This document shows, piece after piece, positions 25,742 through 35,151 of a stretch of DNA of 38,857 bases. Under the pieces are notes generated by a model that had not been told where the DNA came from, searched no databases, and saw only the letters and a program-made list of their open reading frames with translations. This DNA is from an uncultured Sphingobacteriales bacterium (GTDB lineage Bacteria; Bacteroidota; Bacteroidia; CAILMK01; JAAYUY01). The stretch is taken from positions 1 to 38,857 of the forward strand of contig CAZVAY010000001.1 of the NCBI GenBank assembly GCA_964625265.1, written 5' to 3'. The first letter of the stretch is position 1; each line of letters opens with the position of its first letter. The position numbers and the translations under genes were made by a program.

Positions 25742-27799
25742 TTACTTCTCCATTGCTTTAATGGCATCTGTAGCAACATCCAGCATGGGTTGTCCGTTGA
25801 TCCCGGTCCCCATAGCATTCATCATCCACTGTTGTGGTGACAAACGGCCTTGTTTGAACATTCGGATTACTTCTTCGGCAAATACTTTCCCTTTCAGTTG
25901 TTGTTCAATCTGAAAATCGATCAGATGGCCAATTGGATAGGCTGAAAGATAAAGCGGGTAATCTATCATATGGGAATAGATAGCCAGAATGGGAGAATCC
26001 TCTACGCCAAATACAGGTGCGTAATACTTGTTCCAGATGTCAATGGCAATGTTGATCACAGCCTCTTTCAATTCGGATGCGGTAGCGTCCGGATGTTCGT
26101 ACATCCATTTCCAGACATTCATATCAACCAGTGAAACACCCATAATTTCGTAAGTAGACCAGGTGATATCCAGTGCGTCCAGGTAATTTTTATCCGGGTT
26201 AGTTTCTTTTATACCAAGTAATTCCAAATCCCTTTTCTGAAACACAAACGCCAATGCTTCGGTAAATGCTGTATTGGGAACGCCATGTAGCAGATAATAA
26301 TCTGAAAGATGCAGGGAAATGGTTTGTTCTACATTATGGCCAAACTCGTGAACGGCAATGTTATATCCTTTGTAATTCATTCCTTCTTCTCCTATCCTTG
26401 TCCTCAGGTGCGATTTCACCGATTTCATTTCTGCCCCCCAGGCGTGTCCGGCACCTCTTGCCGGGTCAACCTGGACTTTTGAAGTGATAAAAGCAGCTTG
26501 TTCAGGTGTAAACTCAAGTTTCAGTAAAATATCGCCTAAACCGGCCTGAAAGGCATCTTTGTCAGGATATTTATTTGCAACAAGTTTGTTCAGTTCATTT
26601 TCATCAATAGTACTCCGGCTTTTAAAACCGTCATACCAAATATCGAAGGGACGCAAATCGCGGCCTAATCGCCCGGAAATTAATTTGCCAATATCCTTTA
26701 GTACAGGAGAAGAAATAAAATCAACAAATATTTTTTCCACCTCGGGCTGTGTCATCTCAAGGCCGGCATCAAAAGCACGTTGAATGTAAGTCGGATACCG
26801 GGGATTATAAATATCAGCTTTAGCCATGACATGGAAATTATTAAGCAGGTACTGATAACGGGTATCCGGCTCGGCATTTATTTCAACTTCCTTGTCATCC
26901 TGATATACCTTATTGGCAAAGGGTGCCCAGTAGTATTCATCCGAGTTGATCACTTTTTCAGGAATGGTTTGTTTGATGATATGCAACATAACCCGGTAGA
27001 TCATTTCCTGCTTTTTCAATCCATTTTCAATAGCATAATTCGATTTAAGTTCGTCTCTCAGGTTCCAGTGTGAAATCAATTTCATGTTTTTTGGGAAAAG
27101 AGTATCACCATTTTCATCGAGTAAATATCCCATCATGATGTTGTATTCCGAAATATACAGATCGGCATTACTGAGTGTTTGGCTTACTTCCCGGATGATA
27201 TCAGAAGGAACCCGGGTAGTGAACAAGTCTCCGGCACGGGCATAAGCCCAGTCTTTGGTAGTCCAGTCTTTGCCAAGGCTTTCTTTTTCTTCAAGCGTAT
27301 AGGCGGGAAAGTTTAAAGCAACAATAAAAGCAATTTTATTTTTGTAAAGGTCTTCGTTGAGGTGGGAACCAGGATTATAACCGCCTATCAACCGGTCAAA
27401 AGGTGTAATATCCCCGATATCAAGATGAAGGGGTTTTTGAAGTTCAAGGCTCATGGTATTGAAATACCCACCAAGGATTTCCATATTGGCAGAGACTTTT
27501 GATAACAACTCATCAAGTTGCTCTCCATTTGCAACAAAGTTCTTTAGGCAGAAATCTTTAAAATCTTCCCTGCTGCCATCCTCCTCTCGCCAAAGTACGG
27601 CAATCTGATTGACCCCACGGTCAATTCTGAATTTTTCCGTTTCACCGTATTGGTCTATCAATGCCTGAATGGTATTGTCAACATCATCATTCACGATAAA
27701 AACTGTGGATGAGGTTTCATTTTTCATTTCTGTTTCTTTTTTTTGGTTACATGCGCCAAGTATCAACAGCATGGTAAAAACAACAAGGATATTTTTCAT
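25742..27799 (-). CDS. gluzincin (M3-like) zinc metallopeptidase lipoprotein
   Basis: A lipoprotein signal MKNILVVFTMLLILGAC is obtained when the start is taken at ATG 27799; the ORF-track start 27823 adds 8 aa. HEFGH has a downstream Glu at +30 (AFTEALAF), as in M3-type gluzincins. The exact family was not recognised. Confidence 0.5.
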   Translation of the reverse strand: MKNILVVFTMLLILGACNQKKETEMKNETSSTVFIVNDDVDNTIQALIDQYGETEKFRIDRGVNQIAVLWREEDGSREDFKDFCLKNFVANGEQLDELLSKVSANMEILGGYFNTMSLELQKPLHLDIGDITPFDRLIGGYNPGSHLNEDLYKNKIAFIVALNFPAYTLEEKESLGKDWTTKDWAYARAGDLFTTRVPSDIIREVSQTLSNADLYISEYNIMMGYLLDENGDTLFPKNMKLISHWNLRDELKSNYAIENGLKKQEMIYRVMLHIIKQTIPEKVINSDEYYWAPFANKVYQDDKEVEINAEPDTRYQYLLNNFHVMAKADIYNPRYPTYIQRAFDAGLEMTQPEVEKIFVDFISSPVLKDIGKLISGRLGRDLRPFDIWYDGFKSRSTIDENELNKLVANKYPDKDAFQAGLGDILLKLEFTPEQAAFITSKVQVDPARGAGHAWGAEMKSVKSHLRTRIGEEGMNYKGYNIAVHEFGHNVEQTISLHLSDYYLLHGVPNTAFTEALAFVFQKRDLELLGIKETNPDKNYLDALDITWSTYEIMGVSLVDMNVWKWMYEHPDATASELKEAVINIAIDIWNKYYAPVFGVEDSPILAIYSHMIDYPLYLSAYPIGHLIDFQIEQQLKGKVFAEEVIRMFKQGRLSPQQWMMNAMGTGINGQPMLDVATDAIKAMEK

Positions 27800-27918
27800 A
27801 ATTAGGTGTATTACGTTTGTCACATAAAAATATTCGGAAACTAAATTAGGATAATTTCTGAAATTGTATATCCGGATAAAAAATCAAGTACAATTGCTAT
27901 GGAATCTTCCGGCAGCTA

Positions 27919-29172
27919 TTAAAAGCCCCTGCCGGACTTAAAGAACTTTTCCTCAAACGTACCATCGGCATAGCTGCCTTTAAGGATATAAAAACCAGGC
28001 CGAAGGTCATCAAGGGAAACAGGCAGGATCCCTTTAGTAATTCCTGTAAAATTTCTGTGAATGACTATGCGGCCGTACATATCCCAGATTGTAAGCTCAA
28101 GGCTGTAGGGGTCATTGCTGTGGGTTTCCACGTAGAGGTCGCTCACCACAGGATTTGGATACAGCCTAACATGGGTATTGTTGTTCAGGGAATCGTAAAA
28201 GGAGGTGCAACCTCTTTCAACAACATTTGCATAGCTGACCAGGATAGGCCTGTATTTGACAATAGCAGCTTTCATTTTATCACCCTGGCCCGGAGTAAAA
28301 AGTTTCATACAACCATCTGTGCTGTAGTCCATAAAATTTTCTATCATCCTGACATTATTACACTGTACGGGATGTGTGCAATGCGGATAAATGGCATTAT
28401 CGTAGGCCAATGAACAATTTGGTGTGTCCTCGATACCGTCATCATCACTACAACCTCCCTGCCCGCTATCATCACCACCCCAGGGGTGTATCAGGTCGAA
28501 ATAATGCCCGACTTCGTGTGTCGTAGTGCGGCCGAGTTTGTATCCTATAGGATCGTTACTTATCTTTCCAAAAAACTTGTAGGTAATAACAATTCCGTCA
28601 GCATCGAATGAAGGGCCACCTGCATTGGCAGGGGTGTAGGAATAACCCTGGATGTCGGACTCTCCATCAATGGACCGGACTACCCAGATATTGAGGTATC
28701 TTTTAGCATCCCAACGGCTCAGGTCTTTGGTAAGCATTTCTTTGTCTGATTCCAGGTTGGTATAGCTGGATTTAACCCTGACTATTCCCGTTGTCGGGTT
28801 TCCGTCCGGGTCAAGTGAAGCCAGGCAAAAGCGGATCTTTATATCCTCACCACGATCATCGTGGTTAAAACTTCCATAATGGCCAAAATCTTCATTCAGC
28901 ACATTGATCTGGCTGACAACCCTTGCATCTGATATGTTTTCCGGGCCATCATCATGAATAATATGAACCACTACCGGCACCACATAGTATTCGTCCTTAT
29001 AAACAGGAGTTCCGGCACGGAAATGAGTGTTGTTCTGCTTGGGGAACTTGTCCTTATTAAGCTCAGTCATATAATGTGTCAGGCACTTACGGGGGGCTGT
29101 CTGGCTGTACCCCGAATAACCCGAATAAACTAAAAAGACAAGAAGGAGTATTTGTGTATAGCGAAAGGTCAT
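27919..29172 (-). CDS. M43-family (pappalysin/cytophagalysin-like) zinc metalloprotease with T9SS C-terminal sorting domain
   Basis: 417 aa with a signal peptide. It carries the extended zinc motif HEVGHYFDLIHPWG and the Met-turn region ENFMDYS. The last ~85 aa (VRLYPNPVVSDLYVE...GFYILKGSYADGTFEEKFFK) look like a T9SS CTD. Confidence 0.8.
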   Translation of the reverse strand: MTFRYTQILLLVFLVYSGYSGYSQTAPRKCLTHYMTELNKDKFPKQNNTHFRAGTPVYKDEYYVVPVVVHIIHDDGPENISDARVVSQINVLNEDFGHYGSFNHDDRGEDIKIRFCLASLDPDGNPTTGIVRVKSSYTNLESDKEMLTKDLSRWDAKRYLNIWVVRSIDGESDIQGYSYTPANAGGPSFDADGIVITYKFFGKISNDPIGYKLGRTTTHEVGHYFDLIHPWGGDDSGQGGCSDDDGIEDTPNCSLAYDNAIYPHCTHPVQCNNVRMIENFMDYSTDGCMKLFTPGQGDKMKAAIVKYRPILVSYANVVERGCTSFYDSLNNNTHVRLYPNPVVSDLYVETHSNDPYSLELTIWDMYGRIVIHRNFTGITKGILPVSLDDLRPGFYILKGSYADGTFEEKFFKSGRGF

Positions 29173-30347
29173 GAGCGAAGGTAGTTTATCGTGGAATATG
29201 CCATAAAACCCATGCCGGTTAACAAGGCATTTTCATCAACATCAAAACGGGACGAATGAAGGGGGTATTCTTCTTCCCCGTTTTTGCCGGTTCCGAGGCG
29301 ATAAAAAACCGATGGCAGCCTGTGTGTGAAGTAACCGAAGTCTTCAGCTGTCATCCTTTGGTCAAGGTCGGCAACATTATCTTTACCCAAATACTCAACA
29401 GCAAATTGCCTGTATTGTTCTGTCAGTTTTATATCGTTTTTTACCACCGGATAACCCACAAGAATTTCCACATCTGCCATAACGCCAAACGGGGCTACGG
29501 CATGCATGGCAATATCCCTGATTTTCTCATGGGCTTTGTATCGCCAGTTTTCATCGAAAGTGCGAAACGTACCTGAAATGGTCACTTTATCAGGAATGAC
29601 ATTCAGGGAACCTCCGGGTGTTTCGATTTTACCAAACGATAAAACGGTGGGTATTCCTGCCGGGGCATGCCTGCTGGCAACAGGTTGCAGGCTAACAATT
29701 AACTGGGACGCTGCCAGGATGGTATCATTGATATTCCAGGGCAAAGCTGCATGTCCGCCTTTACCCGACAGGGTAATAACAATTTCATCGGATGATGCCA
29801 TGTAGTCTCCGCTCCTGAAGCCCACCTTGCCGGCTGGTAAATAGGGTTCAACATGCTGGCCTGCAGCAGCATTGACGGCAGGATTTTCAAGGATACCCTC
29901 TTCAATCATTGCCTTGGCTCCGCCCGGGATTTTTTCTTCGGCAGGTTGAAACAGTATTTTAACACTTCCCCGGATTTCCTTTTTCATAGCAAGCAGGATC
30001 CTGGTTGTTCCCAGCAAGGAAGCCATATGAACATCATGTCCGCAGGCATGCATGACACCTTTGTTGTCAGAGACAAAATCGTGCGTATTGGCTTCGGTTA
30101 TAGGCAAGGCATCCATATCAGCCCGAAGAGCCATAGTTCGGCCATGTTTTTTTTCATTTATGATAGCATAAACACCGTTACCGGCAATTTTCGTTGGGCT
30201 GAGCCCCATTTTAGTTAATTCGGAAAAAATATAGGCAGCCGTGTTTTCTTCCCGGAACGACAATTCCGGATGGCGGTGCAAATACCTTCTGGCCGAAACA
30301 ATTTCAGGATAATATTCCCTGGCAAGATGTTGAATACGTTCTTTCAA
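29169..30347 (-). CDS. M20D-family amidohydrolase (N-acyl-amino acid / hippurate hydrolase-like)
   Basis: 392 aa with RRYLHRHPELSFRE, ALRADMDALP, HACGHDVHMA and QPAEE, which are typical of the M20D family. The stop overlaps the M43 ATG (ATGA). Confidence 0.88.
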   Translation of the reverse strand: MKERIQHLAREYYPEIVSARRYLHRHPELSFREENTAAYIFSELTKMGLSPTKIAGNGVYAIINEKKHGRTMALRADMDALPITEANTHDFVSDNKGVMHACGHDVHMASLLGTTRILLAMKKEIRGSVKILFQPAEEKIPGGAKAMIEEGILENPAVNAAAGQHVEPYLPAGKVGFRSGDYMASSDEIVITLSGKGGHAALPWNINDTILAASQLIVSLQPVASRHAPAGIPTVLSFGKIETPGGSLNVIPDKVTISGTFRTFDENWRYKAHEKIRDIAMHAVAPFGVMADVEILVGYPVVKNDIKLTEQYRQFAVEYLGKDNVADLDQRMTAEDFGYFTHRLPSVFYRLGTGKNGEEEYPLHSSRFDVDENALLTGMGFMAYSTINYLRS

Positions 30348-30352
30348 AACAA

Positions 30353-30799
30353 CTATTTGTCTTTTTTATCCTTGAGAGCCGGAAGGAAGATTTTGTCCGG
30401 AACAAGCAGCACGTATTTGAATTCCTCCATTTCAATCAGTTTGAAATACAATGGCATGGCTTCACGCTGGTTTCTAAAATTACCTGCCCGGATCTTAAAA
30501 TTGGGTTGTTGGTAGATCAGGTAGGCACTTTCATCCGGGAAATTAACCAAAAAAGTGGCCTTTATCTTGTTGGCATTGGCCCGGCTCTTCCCTGAATATA
30601 TCTGAATCCTGTATCCGGGAATTGTTGGTTTCTTGTCATTTTCGTCAATCACCCGGTTTATCAGGGTGTCAATACGTGAATCCAGGTGAACTACAGTGTT
30701 TCCAATAAGGGTATCGTGTGTTTTGACCGGGTATGCTTCCTGTGCCGGAAGAATAAACCAGGCAAATAATAAAAATAATATGCCGATAAGGCTTTTCAT
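30353..30799 (-). CDS. SPOR domain-containing protein
   Basis: 148 aa with a signal peptide. The C-terminal segment GYRIQIYSGKSRANANKIKATFLVNFPDESAYLIYQQPNFKIRAGNFRNQREA fits the SPOR fold pattern. Confidence 0.7.
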   Translation of the reverse strand: MKSLIGILFLLFAWFILPAQEAYPVKTHDTLIGNTVVHLDSRIDTLINRVIDENDKKPTIPGYRIQIYSGKSRANANKIKATFLVNFPDESAYLIYQQPNFKIRAGNFRNQREAMPLYFKLIEMEEFKYVLLVPDKIFLPALKDKKDK

Positions 30800-31479
30800 C
30801 TTGATTCTGCTTTTTCTTCTTCCACTATTTTCATTCCGGAAGATGTTCCCAATCTTGAAGCCCCGGCCTTAACCAATTCGCGGGCACCCTCCAGGGTTTT
30901 AATTCCACCAGAAGCTTTGATTCTTATCCTGGAAGGTAGCCATTCCCTGAGTTTGAGAATATTTTCAACTGTTGCACCTTCGCCATTCATGCCTGTGGAT
31001 GTTTTGACATAATCGACACCTATTTCTTCGAGAATTTCGCACACTTTAAGCATTTCAGTATCATCGAGCAGGCAGGTTTCAATAATCACTTTAATTGGTT
31101 TTGCTTTCAGCCTGCAGAAAGTTGCTACACCTTCAATACCATCTTTAACATGGTTGTATTCTCCGGATTTAACTGCCGCAATATTGATGACCATATCAAT
31201 TTCATCAGCACCGTCTTCAATTGCTTTTTTAGTTTCTTCCATTTTAGAACTGATCAACTGATAGCCAAGAGGAAAACCAACTACCGTAACAAGTTTAATA
31301 GGCGAATCGCCTAATATCTCACGGCTGTATTTGACGTAATAGGGTGGAATACAGACTCCCGTAAACCCTTCCTGAATGGCATCTTCCAGGAGCTTTTTGA
31401 CCTGCTCCTTTGTAGTATCAGGTTTTAGTAAAGTCTGCTCAATATATTGTGCAATACTTGTATCGTTATTCTCTGCCAT
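30796..31479 (-). CDS. deoC: deoxyribose-phosphate aldolase
   Basis: [56 protein letters not shown] and the Schiff-base region IKASGGI are present. The start is set at ATG 31479 (227 aa), overlapping the secA 3' end by 14 nt. The ORF-track start 31533 would overlap it by 68 nt. Confidence 0.92.
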   Translation of the reverse strand: MAENNDTSIAQYIEQTLLKPDTTKEQVKKLLEDAIQEGFTGVCIPPYYVKYSREILGDSPIKLVTVVGFPLGYQLISSKMEETKKAIEDGADEIDMVINIAAVKSGEYNHVKDGIEGVATFCRLKAKPIKVIIETCLLDDTEMLKVCEILEEIGVDYVKTSTGMNGEGATVENILKLREWLPSRIRIKASGGIKTLEGARELVKAGASRLGTSSGMKIVEEEKAESR

Positions 31480-34400
31480 GACAATGTTTATATTTTTTCC
31501 CACTGCCACAAGGACAGGGTTCATTTCTACCAACTTTTTTCTCCACCCTAACGGGTTCTTTTTTCTTTTGTTGCGTATCTGAATATTCCGGCATTTTCGT
31601 TCCTTCGAAATCGTCCGGCCTTGATTCTTTCAGATTGCTCATATCAGCTCTCTTTTGCTTTTGCCCTTCGTTGATTTCAGCAGGATTCTGGGTGAGGATG
31701 TCTCCTTTGAAAATCATGGGTATTACTTCACGACTGATACGTCCCAGCATGCTTTCAAAAAGCTTGAATGATTCGAGTTTATAGATCAGAATAGGATCCT
31801 TTTGCTCGTATGATGCATTTTGAACCGACTGTTTCAGGTCGTCCAGTTCACGCAAGTGTTCTTTCCAGGCATCGTCAATATGGGTAAGGGTGGTCATTTT
31901 TTCGTAAGCCCTGATTATTTCCCTGCCTTCGGTTTTGTATGCCTTGTCAAGATCGACCAGTACCTCAATGATTTTTCTGCCATCAGTAAAGGGAACAACA
32001 ATATATTTCAGGGTTTTACCCCTTTCTTCGAAAACCTGTTTAATAACGGGCCAGGCTTTTTGAGCAATAGTTTCAACCTTTTGCTTGTATGACTTTTTAA
32101 CTTTTATGAAAAGTTGTTCTGAAAGTTCATGGATTTTACTGTCATGAAACTCCTGTTCAGAAATTTCAGGCCGCGTGGCAAAGTACATCATCACATCTCC
32201 CATAAATGCCTGATAGTCCCCTGATTCCTTATGGATGTCGATAATATCATCCCCAAAATCGAGCAACATACTGTTGATGTCTACTTCCAGCCTTTCGCCA
32301 TATAAGGCATTTCGCCTACGGGTATAAATGACCTCACGCTGAGAGTTCATCACGTCATCATATTCGAGGAGACGTTTACGGATTCCAAAGTTGTTCTCTT
32401 CAACTTTTTTCTGTGCACGTTCGATAGACTTGGTGATCATCGAATGCTGGATCACTTCACCTTCCTGAAGGCCCAGTCTGTCCATGTATTTAGCAATTCT
32501 TTCTGAACCGAAAAGACGCATCAAATTGTCTTCAAGGCTAACATAGAATTGGGAAGAACCCGGGTCTCCCTGTCTTCCGGAACGGCCACGTAACTGTCTG
32601 TCAATACGCCTTGATTCATGACGCTCGGTACCGATAATAGCGAGGCCTCCGGCATCTACTACGCCCTCCCCGAGCTTGATGTCGGTTCCTCGTCCGGCCA
32701 TGTTTGTAGCAAGGGTTACTGCACCTGGTTTACCGGCATGGGCAACAATTTCTGCTTCTCGTTGGTGTTGCTTGGCATTCAATACATTGTGAGGAATTTT
32801 TTGCCTTGTAAGGATTTTACTCAGTAACTCTGAAATCTCAACCGAAGTAGTACCCACCAAAACAGGCCTACCCTTTTTTGTTTGTTCAATAATTTCGTTT
32901 ACTACAGCATTGTATTTTTCGCGTGTGGTTTTGAATATCATGTCTTCCCTGTCGTCACGAATAGTAGGGACATTAGTGGGTATAACAACCACATCCAGCT
33001 TGTATATCTGCCACAATTCACCAGCCTCCGTTTCAGCAGTACCTGTCATACCGGCAAGTTTGTGGTACATCCTGAAATAGTTCTGAAGGGTAATTGTTGC
33101 GTATGTCTGTGTTGATTTTTCCACTTTGACATTTTCCTTGGCTTCAATGGCCTGGTGCAAGCCTTCGGAATAACGCCTTCCATCAAGAATACGGCCTGTC
33201 TGTTCGTCAACAATCTTGATTTTACCATCGGCTACAATATATTCAACATCCAGTTCAAACAAGGTATACGCTTTTAAAAGCTGGTTCACAATATGTATCC
33301 GTTCCGATTTGATGGAGTAGTCCACCAGCAATTCATTTTTTCTCCTGATTTTTTCTTCTTCAGATATTTCAAGCGTTTCCAATGTTGAGATTTCGCTACC
33401 GACATCCGGCATAATGAAAAAATCTTTATCATCACTATTGCTTGTGATCAGGTCGATACCTCGGTCTGTAATATCAATGGAGTTTTGTTTTTCTTCTATG
33501 ACAAAATAGAGATCTTTATCTATTTCAGGCATATTTTTTTGCTGCTCCTGCAAATAATAATTTTCCACTTTTTGCAAAAAGGCTTTAACTCCCTCTTCAC
33601 TCAGGAATTTGATCAGTGCCTTGTTTTTGGGCAAACCGCGATACGCCCGGAGCAACATCATCGCAGCTTCATCGGTAGGCTTCAGGTTGAACCCGTTTTG
33701 CAGGCCTTTTTTTGCAATTGTAAGCGCCTTGTTAACATAATCTTTTTGGACTTTAAGTAATTTCTCTATCTTGGGTTTCAGTTCGTAAAACTTCTCCTGC
33801 TCCTTGTCACTGGTTTCGGTAGGGCCGGAAATAATTAAGGGGGTACGGGCATCATCCACCAGCACCGAGTCAACCTCATCCACCATGGCAAAATGATGTT
33901 TCCGCTGGACCAGGTCTTCCGGGCTACGGGCCATATTATCCCTCAGGTAGTCAAACCCGAATTCGTTATTGGTGCCGTATGTAATATCGGCCAGGTAAGC
34001 ATTTCTTCTTTCGTTTGAATTGGGTTTGTGGTATTCGATACAATCTACGGTAATGCCAAGGAAGTTAAATATCGGGCCATTCCACTCGGCATCCCTTCGT
34101 GCCAGGTAATCGTTGACGGTAACAAGATGAACACCTTTGCCTGAAAGTGCGTTCAGGTAAGCCGGAAGGGTAGATACCAGGGTTTTACCTTCACCGGTAG
34201 CCATCTCGGCAATTTTTCCTTTGTGAAGCACTATCCCGCCAATAAGTTGAACATCATAATGCACCATGGCCCAATTAATCAGGCCCCCTGCAGCATCCCA
34301 ACTGTTTTTATAGATGGCGTTATCGCCTTTTATCTCAACAAAATCCTTGGTTGTAGCCAGGTTGCGGTCAAGTTCAGTGGCAATCACTTCAAGGGTTTCA

Positions 34401-34786
34401 TTTTCGGTAAACCTGCGGGAGGTTTCTTTTACAACGGCAAAAGCTTCAGGAAGTATTTCGTCCAGTACTTCTTCCAGCTTTTCGTTCCATTCTTTTTCCA
34501 ACTTGTCTATTTCGCGGAACAGCTCTTCTTTGTCTTCGGCATCCAGTTCTTCATTTATGTCTATTTCTTCCCTGATAGAACTAATCTTTGCGTCTATTTC
34601 ACTGACCCCTTCCTTGATCCGGTCTTTAAATTCAAGAGTTTTAGAGCGAAGTTCGTCATTCGAAATATTCCTGTACGATTCAAAATGCTTATTTATTTCT
34701 GCAACAGCAGGCAACATGGTTTTGATGTCCCGGTCTGATTTGCTACCAAAAACAGAAGTAAGCGTTTGGGTGATTATGTTTGCCAT
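31466..34786 (-). CDS. secA: preprotein translocase ATPase SecA
   Basis: 1106 aa with [53 protein letters not shown] and the C-terminal zinc finger [14 protein letters not shown]. Confidence 0.98.
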   Translation of the reverse strand: MANIITQTLTSVFGSKSDRDIKTMLPAVAEINKHFESYRNISNDELRSKTLEFKDRIKEGVSEIDAKISSIREEIDINEELDAEDKEELFREIDKLEKEWNEKLEEVLDEILPEAFAVVKETSRRFTENETLEVIATELDRNLATTKDFVEIKGDNAIYKNSWDAAGGLINWAMVHYDVQLIGGIVLHKGKIAEMATGEGKTLVSTLPAYLNALSGKGVHLVTVNDYLARRDAEWNGPIFNFLGITVDCIEYHKPNSNERRNAYLADITYGTNNEFGFDYLRDNMARSPEDLVQRKHHFAMVDEVDSVLVDDARTPLIISGPTETSDKEQEKFYELKPKIEKLLKVQKDYVNKALTIAKKGLQNGFNLKPTDEAAMMLLRAYRGLPKNKALIKFLSEEGVKAFLQKVENYYLQEQQKNMPEIDKDLYFVIEEKQNSIDITDRGIDLITSNSDDKDFFIMPDVGSEISTLETLEISEEEKIRRKNELLVDYSIKSERIHIVNQLLKAYTLFELDVEYIVADGKIKIVDEQTGRILDGRRYSEGLHQAIEAKENVKVEKSTQTYATITLQNYFRMYHKLAGMTGTAETEAGELWQIYKLDVVVIPTNVPTIRDDREDMIFKTTREKYNAVVNEIIEQTKKGRPVLVGTTSVEISELLSKILTRQKIPHNVLNAKQHQREAEIVAHAGKPGAVTLATNMAGRGTDIKLGEGVVDAGGLAIIGTERHESRRIDRQLRGRSGRQGDPGSSQFYVSLEDNLMRLFGSERIAKYMDRLGLQEGEVIQHSMITKSIERAQKKVEENNFGIRKRLLEYDDVMNSQREVIYTRRRNALYGERLEVDINSMLLDFGDDIIDIHKESGDYQAFMGDVMMYFATRPEISEQEFHDSKIHELSEQLFIKVKKSYKQKVETIAQKAWPVIKQVFEERGKTLKYIVVPFTDGRKIIEVLVDLDKAYKTEGREIIRAYEKMTTLTHIDDAWKEHLRELDDLKQSVQNASYEQKDPILIYKLESFKLFESMLGRISREVIPMIFKGDILTQNPAEINEGQKQKRADMSNLKESRPDDFEGTKMPEYSDTQQKKKEPVRVEKKVGRNEPCPCGSGKKYKHCHGRE

Positions 34787-34839
34787 TATGCTATCTTCAA
34801 TCTTCTTTATTATTTTAAAGGCCTCGGCCCAATAAGCTA

Positions 34840-34847
34840 CAAAGTTA
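34840..34847 (-). promoter_or_regulatory. putative -7 box (TAACTTTG) upstream of secA
   Basis: Minus-strand TAACTTTG fits TAnnTTTG and lies 54 nt upstream of ATG 34786. This is a motif match only. Confidence 0.3.
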
Positions 34848-34935
34848 AGTAATGCAATTAAACAAGATTATATTAATTGGAGAGGCTTTTGGGGGCATTG
34901 TCAATAACTATACCATAGGATATGTTTTTCTGTAC

Positions 34936-35151
34936 TTAGCAATCGGGAATATGTGCTGTAAGGGTTTGTGGAGTAGAATCCTGTCCTCCGACACGAAAAT
35001 TTGAGCGGGCTACAACCCTTGAATACCTACTGAAACCCTTATGGCATATACCCTTTATTACCAACTGGCCTTTCCTTTTATCTGTCTGTATATCAATTTT
35101 TTTAATTGCTTTTGCTGCAATTTTCTTTGACAATGTAAGCCGGATGATCAT
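34936..35151 (-). CDS. hypothetical 71-aa basic protein, start overlapping the Res-like stop (ATGA); may not be a real gene
   Basis: MIIRLTLSKKIAAKAIKKIDIQTDKRKGQ... has 15 K/R against 4 D and no E. The ATG at 35149-35151 overlaps the TGA at 35148-35150, the same coupling geometry as three bona fide gene pairs in this window. I recognise no family. The 3' half has a different base composition and contains inverted repeats. Confidence 0.3.
   Translation of the reverse strand: MIIRLTLSKKIAAKAIKKIDIQTDKRKGQLVIKGICHKGFSRYSRVVARSNFRVGGQDSTPQTLTAHIPDC

Noticed and set aside
31480-31533. 18-aa N-terminal extension of deoC (track start 31533)
   Set aside because: It would overlap the secA coding region by 68 nt. 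The ATG at 31479 gives a normal-length DeoC beginning just before the conserved [11 protein letters not shown] block.
34223-34835. 171-aa and 173-aa plus-strand ORFs (one extremely Ser-rich) over the 5' end of secA
   Set aside because: They lie antisense to the Glu/Lys-rich N-terminal region of SecA, where GAA/AAG-rich codons read as TTC/CTT on the other strand. The products are low-complexity with no family resemblance.
34970-34989. GGAGTAGAATCCTGTCCTCC hairpin, considered as a tRNA T-arm remnant marking an island attachment site
   Set aside because: The loop lacks the TTC(G/A)A signature. No acceptor, D or anticodon arms can be drawn around it.
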